Source of the DNA: Ophelia neglecta
Taxonomy: Eukaryota
Assembly (NCBI GenBank): GCA_965285935.1
Contig: OZ260664.1
Coordinates: 52,576,001 to 52,640,000 of the forward strand
DNA: 64,000 bases
Direction of reading: 5' to 3'
Position 1 is the first letter of the stretch. The number at the start of each line of letters is the position of its first letter. A program made the position numbers and the translations under genes. The notes beneath the pieces are model-generated. The model did not search any database and was not told the origin of the DNA. It saw nothing but the letters and a program-made list of their open reading frames with translations. This document shows, in pieces, positions 55,100 through 64,000 of the stretch.

Positions 55100-55410
55100 A
55101 TCGGAAATCTAGGGCAATAGCATAATAACTGCGGCGTCGTGGATGAATTATTGCGAAGTGTGAGCGGCTAATCATGCTGACCATACAGGAACTAGAATTC
55201 TCGAGCATTGCCAAGGAAAACAACGCAATGAGCGTATTGGCTGTCGATCACGTGGGGGAAACGCCATATTATTGTGTCCCCAGATTGTTTGGAAACTTTG
55301 AGGACTGGCTGCCAGCTATAGATCAGGGTCCAGCGAGAATTGCAGTTTACTTAATTAATAGCCTAAAACAACGTGGAAATGGGACAGGACTGTAGAGTGA
55401 GAGTAACTCC
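55100..55410 (+). mobile_element. Possible RTE-clade LINE 3' end
   Basis: RRRG* ... QGKQRNER ... ITWG ... then a stop followed by the short repeat-like tail AGAGTGAGAGT. Resembles RTE 'RR.W.GHV.R...GKR.RGRP..TW' and its microsatellite tail. Confidence 0.35.
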
Positions 55411-56911
55411 GGCATTTAACCAAGCTAAATTTGTCATCTCTCTGAAGGCATCTATTTTTTATCTGGTATCTCATAAAGTGACATAATCAAATATGTTTAA
55501 AATCCTTAAGAACTTAAAAACCATCAATGCTCGTGCAAGCAGGAGGACATCATTTTAAGGTCTGCTTAACTCGTAAGACTATGGTTCTGAAGAAAGTTCT
55601 TTCTTTTAATCTATAGGTGCCATAACTTTCAAACATAAAATTGTTTTCCCTGGTGATTTTGACGACAATATCTCCTTAACGTGAATATCACCCTTCTCGA
55701 CTGCGATCCCTTATTTCCGCTAGGCACCTATCCTATTCTTGTATTGCTTTTTTCCTGTTCAATTGCCTCAGCAGCGTCGTTGTAAGTCGATTTGAAAATC
55801 AAGAATGAAAGGAGTAGCTACTACTATGTGTCGACTTTTGTAATAATGAAACCACAGCGAATTAAACCAACAAAGATGAAGACCAGGAAACAGTATCTTA
55901 ATGCTGAAGGAATATTTTGAATATGACTGAAAAAATAAAACGTTATATTGGTGGCCTATGGAAAACCTAATAAGCCCTGCACGCCTACACGCTTTAACTA
56001 AGTACTATGAGATACGATGAATGAGGAAACTTCTCGGGGCGTCGACGCTTTTATTCGGCTTCCAGATAACAAGGGCATAACACGTGACCGTCTGAGGAAT
56101 GGCTTCCGTCCTGCTGCCCGCCACACCTAGTAGAAATTGTCCTCAGGTTTATACGAGTAGTTTCGTGTCTACTGTGTTAAACGAAGCCCCGAGGAAACCT
56201 AGCAGATTATAACCAGCGCAAGCGGCGGGCAATATGTCACAAATAACAGTGACATTGTACGGCAACAGTAACCTGTATGTCATGACAGAAACATGATCAT
56301 TTTAATGGCTGAAATATAATTTGTCAATATTTTATGAGGGGTAAATCTTGTGCGTCGTTTCTGTTTGTGATATTAATTAAAATTCCTCGCCTCAAACGTG
56401 ATTTCCTGAAGCCGTCGTGTTCTACTTCCTCTCCGCCAATTACTTCTTTCAACAAACCTCTGCTCCGACTCAACTAGTAAAGTAATGCGTCTTTTCATAC
56501 AGTTTCACTCGATTATGATTCATTTTTCTCCATATATATGTTCTTATCGGCTTACTTTTTCCCAGCACACTAATGAGTCGGATGATTGCACCACCTTAAT
56601 ATCTGATTAAAAAATATCTCGGTGCGGCCTTTATTTGCAATAAATTAGCGAACAGTTACCAATAAGTATGTATATGAATAAGCGAGTCTTAAAATTAGCG
56701 CAGCTAGCAAGATGTTTACCGTTTTACAATACACCCATTTTGTGATCAATATGATGAAATCAATTCGATCGGCAACAACATTCCTTCGACGCCAAAGCAT
56801 CCTTGGCAATTGCTATATAGCTATAAGACCTCTGTATAAATGTGGATATATAACTGCTCGTTAACTTATTTGAAGACGATTATTGTATCGCAATTATACG
56901 GTAAACAGCTA

Positions 56912-56948
56912 CCCCCCCCCCCCTCCCCCACCCCCACCCCCCACCCCC
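56912..56948 (+). repeat. Poly-C/(CCCCCA)n tract; G-quadruplex-capable on the minus strand
   Basis: Five runs of five or more C separated by single bases. Confidence 0.85.
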
Positions 56949-57421
56949 GATCTATACGTATTATCAAATAGATATCAGCAGCAAGGTCACATATAAACAA
57001 ATCTATGAATAGTTTCTAGGGAAAATGTCTGAACAATTAGCTGATTTCGCAGGACATTTGTGCCGTGTGTAAAAGCATAATTGCCAATCATGCAGTGTAT
57101 TTCTCATGCTTTTAGCGGCGCTTCAGAATAATTATGCTATTTATTTTGTCACTGGTATTACCTTTATTCCGGATTAATGTGATTAAAAAAATACATTTTA
57201 TCGTAAATTCCTCAGTTGTATTAATTGAGCACATTTACAGGAGACAAACAAAATACCTTTACATACTCATTCGGAACAAAGAACATTGCCTTGTTCGCAT
57301 ATATGGAGCGGTCACGTGTAATTCATGTGTGTCGTGCTGATAAACGTTAAGGCCAGGAAAGACAAGCCTGGAAACCTCGGAGGAATCGGTCAACATGACC
57401 GCAAAGAGATGAACCTTTTGG

Positions 57422-57549
57422 NNNNNNNNNNNNNNNNNNNNNNNNNNNNNNNNNNNNNNNNNNNNNNNNNNNNNNNNNNNNNNNNNNNNNNNNNNNNNNN
57501 NNNNNNNNNNNNNNNNNNNNNNNNNNNNNNNNNNNNNNNNNNNNNNNNN
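57422..57549. other. Assembly gap (128 N)
   Basis: Run of N. ORFs crossing it are artefacts. Confidence 1.
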
Positions 57550-60119
57550 TGAAGTCTTGAATTCTTATCTTTGTCAACCACAAGATCATAACATTGCCAT
57601 TCTTGGAATGAGGACGAAGCCCATATTCTATGCAGTTTGATTTGGATACAACAGAATAACAGAGCCTACTACACGTGCAGTAGCATTGTGGATAGACCAG
57701 CATCTACAGTGCACAAGATACCACCATTCCCTTTAAAACGATTCTTCTGATTTTATTTTACATTGAACCAGAAAAAAATATGCCGTTATTTAGTGATAGG
57801 GCCAGCTGCCCAAAGTATCGTTCAATACCAGACTGCATGTATTATTTCAAAGGAACACGTCTGGCAGATTTAAAAAAAAATTTACATCGCCCATTTTGCT
57901 ACACAGATGGAGATTGTTAAACCTTAAACTTAGCGATAAAAGCGCTCCCATTAATTCTTCACTCCCGGGTTAAAGATGCGCTTAGGTTAACGCGGTGTTT
58001 CTTTCCACATCATGTCAGTTTCAAAATGGATGTCGCAGATCATAGGCATGTGTCCAGAGCAAACCGGGCGCAACAATTAGATTAGGTGGATAGAAGATGA
58101 AGGAAACTGTCATTTATACCGACAGGAAGTAATTCAGAGCACAGCGTCCTGTTATTTTAATGTGAATGTTTTACCGGCAGCTCAAGCACGCCTGATTTAT
58201 CAGAATCGCCTCCGGCTGATCGGCAAATTGGGCCCAATTCCTTGTAGACTACTTCGGAGCGTAATAATGTTCTTAGCATTGAGAAGATTGAGACGTGCAT
58301 TCTGTTCAAGGGAGGCATGATTTTTCAGTTTTAGCGTAAAGCACGTTATACAAAATATTATATAATATATCATATCATGCTGCTATTTTTACTGTTTGTT
58401 GCTTGTTGACATATGAGATGTTTCTGAAATAATATGTGTTCGACAATAGGATGGATGAACAGATGCACACAGATGAGCCTGACAAAATGTTCAAAGCGGT
58501 GAAGATGTATCTTTCAAGCGTAAAAGCAACGGTCACTTCATAAATTATAGAAACAAAACTTTTGCCGTGGAAAAGTTCGTTCTGTACAAAACCATCGTTC
58601 TTTCACCTTGTTTTAGGAACGCAAATGAAGAGTTAAATACTAATTTATTACGATTCCGAGCTTTTGCTATTGGACACGGCAGCTGGAAACCTTGAAATAC
58701 TTATCATACAGTGTTGGCATATGAGCTTAATTCCCAAGTAAAACCTTATCTAGTTTTATCAACTTTCTTACAATGTGGTACAACCAACGTCTAAGTTCAG
58801 GATAATATTTCGCAGAAAATAGCATTTGTTGATAAACTGGTTTCAGTTGGATAAAGGCTCGCTTAGTGTCTAATGCGAAACAAGGTAGGCTTTGATTTAA
58901 CTTGCTAATTCTATATGATGTTGATTGCAGCGGAAGGTGCAAGTTTGCAGTCTGTAAAACAATAAGGCATAAGGATACAAATACGAATAAGCATGGACTA
59001 TTCCTTTAAATTCAGCTTACATTTAAATGTTTACACAACGCCAGTTCACTAACGGGCTTTCTAACCTTTGTATCATATTACTAGTCTTGATTAACCAGGG
59101 TGAGTGATAACTTGGAAATTAGAAGAATGTTTTCCTTGGCGATAACTTGCAAGAAAGTCATTCTCTGTAGCAGAGTCCACACCTGTGCAACCCTTTGGCA
59201 ACTTTGCTTTAAGCTTATTGTTGCGTGGAAAATCTTCAAAAACGGCTTATGTAAAAAGGACTGTATATTTTATTTATCTGGATATATCCAATAGTAATGT
59301 TTGTGGGCTGTACTTTTTATGTGCATTTAATCTGTGAAAGCCAAAGCTATCGCGAAAGAGGTTTTGGTATCGGTTGGCATGAACATAATTCTAACTGTAG
59401 CTTGACTCATTTAATATGAAGGTGGATCGCTGATTGAGGGGTAATTAACGTATTGAACGACTGATAATGTAGACTATTTATTGACAATTTCTTTCGTGAC
59501 TTTTACCACACATTTAGTCACTTCAAGTATATAATGCTGTATAAAAGCGTTATAAATTTCTATTAATTGCATTTAGTAAGTACTTTACTTGTACGTAGAC
59601 CTACATATTACTGTAACGCCTGGTCCCTTGGGAATTAAGAACAGTCGCTCTGACATGTGTCCAAGCGTAAAGATATTTGATAAGTAAATGAATAAACAAA
59701 TCAAATATGCATCAGCGGACCAGCAGGCTGTCTTGTCTCACTTAGAGCCGATTTTGACATAACGTCCGCTCTGAATGTTCCCAGAAGAAAATCATGATGC
59801 GCTGAACAGGTGGAGATTTCCAAACCGGAAGCAACGAATTTAAAGGCGCCCCAAGGAGACTATATTATTTCTGCTTGTTTTAGATCGGTTGTTTTGATCG
59901 CTGTAAACGACCTTTCACTGGAAATATACCACTATATGGAACCCGTTTTTCTCGCTGCAGGAGAATCACTTTATGACTCAATGTTAACATAAGTAGCCCG
60001 ATCAATCATTAACTAGTTGCAATTTTTTAGGCAGTCTTCGCTCTATAGGAAATAAGTGGGGTGTTAAAGGGGGCACTCCAGCCAACTCTACACCTCAAGA
60101 CAGCATCAGCAATTCTTGG

Positions 60120-61000
60120 TGCTATTAGGTAAATGAGATCGGCCGTTCAGATTCGTATTACTCGGCAGTTAGAGAAAATGACATTTGAACGTAGTCTACA
60201 TCGATAGCGCGTTGTTCAAATTTCAGATGTAATTGGTTTTGAAGGGTCGCCAAGATTGATAATCTACCAATGGTGTAGGAATCTGAAGAATTGGACCTTA
60301 AGGAAAATTGCATTCCTGCTGATAAAGTCCAGACCATGTCCAGTTGATTTGATCAGTAAGTGCATCATGAGACCACTCAATGTTTCCAAACACGTGATAT
60401 CAGACAACCGATCACGCGAGATTACCTCTCTCTTTTCAATGGAAATAATTATGTGTAGTTTGGATACTGTGAAAAAATGACAAAGCAGACAGGGGCTGTT
60501 CACCGTGTAAAACGCCTCTAATCTAATGCATCTCATATTTTACTAACTGTTAGTATGGCATATTTGGTTGTCTTCTTAAGGTTTAAACTTGAGTAATTTC
60601 ATTTAAGTCTAATTTCGGTCCTGAAGCCTATATCAGTTTCCTATAAGACGCATGATGAAGCCTAGAAGAATTGTAGAGTAATTTCTTTGACACAGTTAAG
60701 GTTGGTGGTAAGGTTTGGACATAGCAAAGCGAAATATTTCAATGACATTTATTTAAGTCCGATCGTATAATTGATTTTTTGGCCGCTTCATTCGTACACA
60801 TTAGACTAATTGGGCAAAGGGGAAGACTATCGGACATTCGGCTTTGCGGCGTAGGCTTTGTGGAAGAAAGAAAGAACCCTACTGGTAGTAGGATAGCCAA
60901 CAAGATCAATGAATGCAAATATTGATAAATAAGTCATTGTAAATGACACCGAAAAGAATTCTATTAACGGCGCATCTAGAGATTTCATTTATATGAGCAA
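60120..61000 (+). mobile_element. Eroded L1/Tx1 reverse-transcriptase remnant
   Basis: Colinear plus-strand motifs NEIG, DVI, NLKNW (~60285), VISDNRSREI (cf. ISDNIR.I.D), IMCSLDTVK (cf. ISLD.EKAFD), SNFGPE (cf. FNFGP), LSPIV, ISH..NDT (cf. ISQYADDT). Confidence 0.55.
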
Positions 61001-61039
61001 ATTTCGGATTATGTTCGGAGTCGGTTTACATATTGTATT

Positions 61040-62100
61040 CATTTTTACGAATTGTATGCCTGGGCAAAACGACTACTTTACTGCAAAAGATCAATTCGTT
61101 TAAACCTTTTTGTTAATAAGTATTTTGTTCAGCCATGAAACTTGAGCAACATCTAACTCTATTTATGGTTGACATCTGATACTTCTAGCCGGGGTTTTCT
61201 CTTTTCTCAGAGCTCAGCCGTTGTATAGTGTTTTGTTGCAAAATGTCACAAACTCTTCCTCAGGTGAATGATATAGCTACTATTAGTATTCCACATTCAA
61301 ATAGAATGAATTGAGCTTTATCGCTAAGTCATAAAAAGGTACTAGCTGCACGATTATCTTCCGGTCCAACGCCATTTCCTTTGGTCTGCCATTTTAGAGC
61401 CAGCTTTCCAGACGCGTGAACCAAACTGAAATTCAATTTACATACATCTGTGACAGACTGGAGTAGCTTCTGCAGAGATTACTTGTGAGTAATTTATCAA
61501 GATAATTGCCTGCTTCAACATGGAACTTTGCGGAAATGGGCTTTATAAGCTGGCTCTTCTGCTCTACCGTATTTATTAGAGGCCGAATAGAGTGACCTGG
61601 GACTCAGTATGCTGGCCTCACTCCCCAAGTCGTCTAGACTATACCTCTTCTTGTCTCTGGAGAATGTCCTCTGTCGGACGAACAGCACTAATCGCCCAGG
61701 TGACACACTTGATTAGTGTTCATGGCAATTCTATATAAATGAAATAGGAAAATTAAGCAATCTCCTTAGTCATTTTCAGTTCTTAGCTCTGCAAGACAAC
61801 CGATTTATTTTCTGTACATCGGTTTGGGTTTTAGTTGAAGTCAGATACGAGTTGTTCTTAGTTCGAATGCACGTGAAGAGGAGTCGATACAGACCAGTAA
61901 ACACGCTTTTCTGGTCATAATTCATGCTTTGTTAGGTGAAGCAGTCTAACCGTTCGTCTTCAATGAACTCAAATTATTGATCATGTTTTGTAATCAGAAG
62001 CCTATCCAAGCAACAAGAAACAAAGCCGGTGACTTCTGAAGTATTTTTAATCTGCACTTTACATAATGCGCACTTTCTATATCTGCACTCTTGGTGTCGG
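61040..62100 (-). mobile_element. Eroded L1/Tx1 endonuclease and linker remnant
   Basis: Minus-strand CCLDRLLITK (cf. SRLD.FLIS), YDQKSVF (cf. SDH..V), EDNRAASTFL*L (cf. EGEK.TKYFL.LEK), EEFVTFCNKTLY, CPG (cf. KSPG). Confidence 0.45.
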
Positions 62101-62689
62101 ACAGCGCAATTACGTCTGATGTGAATATATAATTTTATTGCTGTTAACTTCTGTTTGATCGATTGTTGTTATAATATGTTTATGACCTTTAACGACCTAT
62201 GAGTCATAGGCTGTCAGCGTATTATTTTGCTTGGCCACATTATTATTTTAACGTTTTCGAGGTCAATTACTAAGATTTGACGTCGTGCAATAAACCCTGC
62301 TTCAGCAGGCAAAAACACGCCTGAAACTAAATCATGGCTCTGTACAGCGCACACAGCTATTCCGTTACACAACCCTGTTAGCCTCGCATGATATTTCATT
62401 TCCCTTTGATATTTTACTTTTCATTAACTTTATTTGATCCCACCAAGTCATTTGGGAATCAATCATTACACCTTGAATATTGTGACATTTACTCTTTTCA
62501 ATGTCGCGCAATTAAACATGTATTTTTTTAGGTTAAAACCGTCTTATTCGCGATCGGAAAACATATACCTTATGTTTTAAAGACATATGTTGGAACTTAT
62601 CAAGTATTATCAATACTGAAATTCAAATAGTGTCCTCTATTTTTTACCAAAGATTTCAATTGCATACTTTGCGAGTCTTGTCTTTGCAG

Positions 62690-63480
62690 ACATTGGTGTA
62701 TTAACAGTCTACTGTTGCGATTGATACAAACGTAGGGAAGTGGTCGGAGATACCGGTGTAGAAGATTCCATTAAATAATTCATTTTGAATATTGTTGCAG
62801 TATATTATTTGGCTGAGTCTATCCCTACTCGAACCTATCGGAAGAAAGGAAACAGTATAATTGTTCCAAGAATGACGAGCTAGTAAATCAAATGTAACTA
62901 TAAACATTTGTAAGGTTTATGTGGAGGTCTTCAGTAATATACACTAGCTTGTTCCCTGCTTTATTAAGATACATAAGACGGGTTATTTGGTCGGAAGATT
63001 TCCATATCAGTATCAGGAAGGCGATAAAATACACACACAATGATCGTCTTGTTGCATCCTCTTTGGACCCCAGGCATTTCAATAAATGAAGCCTCAAAAC
63101 TGTATTTATAATATCCGGATCACTATTATTTGGTCATTGATAACACTGCTGATGAAGGAAGGAACATCTCCTCCTCTTCTAGCAGGCCGATAAAGGCTCT
63201 CCTGTTTATAATTATGCAAACGTTTCCACATTTGATTTGACTTATTAAACCATGGTTTGGATGTATAAATTACTGTTAATACCTGTTTGAAGGTAAACTT
63301 CAACTTCTTTAAGTTTTTTGACTTGCAATTGAATTGTTTAGTGAAATACAGAGAATAGGTTTGCAACCAACAGGGTTTGAAATTAACTCTTGTTAAATTT
63401 GTCTTCTGAAAAATACTCACAATCTGATGCCTTGCACGGATTAGAATCTGATCTTGAACAAAATTCCTTAGAATCATTTA
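62690..63480 (-). mobile_element. CR1/L2-group (Crack-like) LINE apurinic endonuclease remnant
   Basis: Colinear minus-strand motifs NYKQESLYRPARRGGDVPSFI (cf. R.GGGV..YI), IVCVFYRLPDTD (cf. GVIYRPP), KLVYITEDLHINL (cf. MGDFNINL), FLPI, IIYCNN, GIFYTGISDHFPTF (cf. DISDHFPIF). Confidence 0.85.
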
Positions 63481-64000
63481 TTTATCATACAAACGGATTG
63501 AATTATATTTCCTCAAGACTCTGCATGGAGTGAAATACTGTTATATGAACCCCAGTATTCTGAAAAAGCTGAATCGGACCAATGGGTTTAGAGTTGTTTG
63601 TGTTTTTGTCACAACAGTCATTGTATTCGACGCAAATGCCCAAAGGCGAAAACATAATGTTTGCTTTAGTCAACATTAAAAAAGTTTAGTAGCTTTTCAA
63701 ACCGCTCAGTGAGTCGTGGTTGTGCGGTGTAAAGAAATGTCTACCCGACCACCAGAAAAGCCCTAGGAAAAACATATATTGTAGCGATGACTGCCCTTTT
63801 TACCTTCAATAAACCGCGAAACTTTTATAGCTTATATCTAGTTTCTGTCTGTCACGGGCACCCGCTGTCATGATGCCCATAATGTTTGTATGATTTTTTC
63901 ACAATCGGCCTTGGTAAAAGAGTCACTTGTCTATTAACTTTTCATTATTTCGTTGCAGAGAGTTGTATCAAAGTCTGATCAGAAGGGAAGTGTTCAACAT

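Noticed and set aside
57325-57703. ORFs spanning the N run
   Set aside because: Artefacts of the assembly gap.
60064-60085. TTAA-AGGGGGCACTCCAG Kolobok-like left terminus
   Set aside because: No matching right terminus found in the window.
1-64000. Short ORFs in the six-frame track as host genes (e.g. 47521-47988, 28463-28831, 17088-17447)
   Set aside because: No recognisable domains, composition typical of random AT-rich translation, and no consistent exon chain. Small exons cannot be excluded without RNA data.

Overview
AT-rich, non-coding eukaryotic DNA, most likely from a marine invertebrate animal judging by the repeat families. I can support no host protein-coding gene, tRNA, rRNA or CRISPR array. 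All listed ORFs are short (155 aa or less) and are either chance ORFs or pieces of decayed transposons. Reading across stops and frameshifts by eye shows many old retroelement remnants. These are Penelope-like elements (clearest at 23.5-24.3 kb, a more eroded one at 42.8-44.4 kb), L1/Tx1, CR1/L2-group, RTE-like and possibly Hero/NeSL LINEs. Two intact MITEs with terminal inverted repeats and 3-bp TTA/TAA target-site duplications lie at 30021-30332 and 49256-49612. There is also a third MITE-like element, several short tandem repeats and a 128-N assembly gap. The most notable large-scale signal is that most retroelement remnants face the minus strand, as expected in a long plus-strand transcription unit (giant intron or uni-strand piRNA-like locus). 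I found no convincing novel biological system. Protein-motif calls rest on manual translation and need HMM confirmation.
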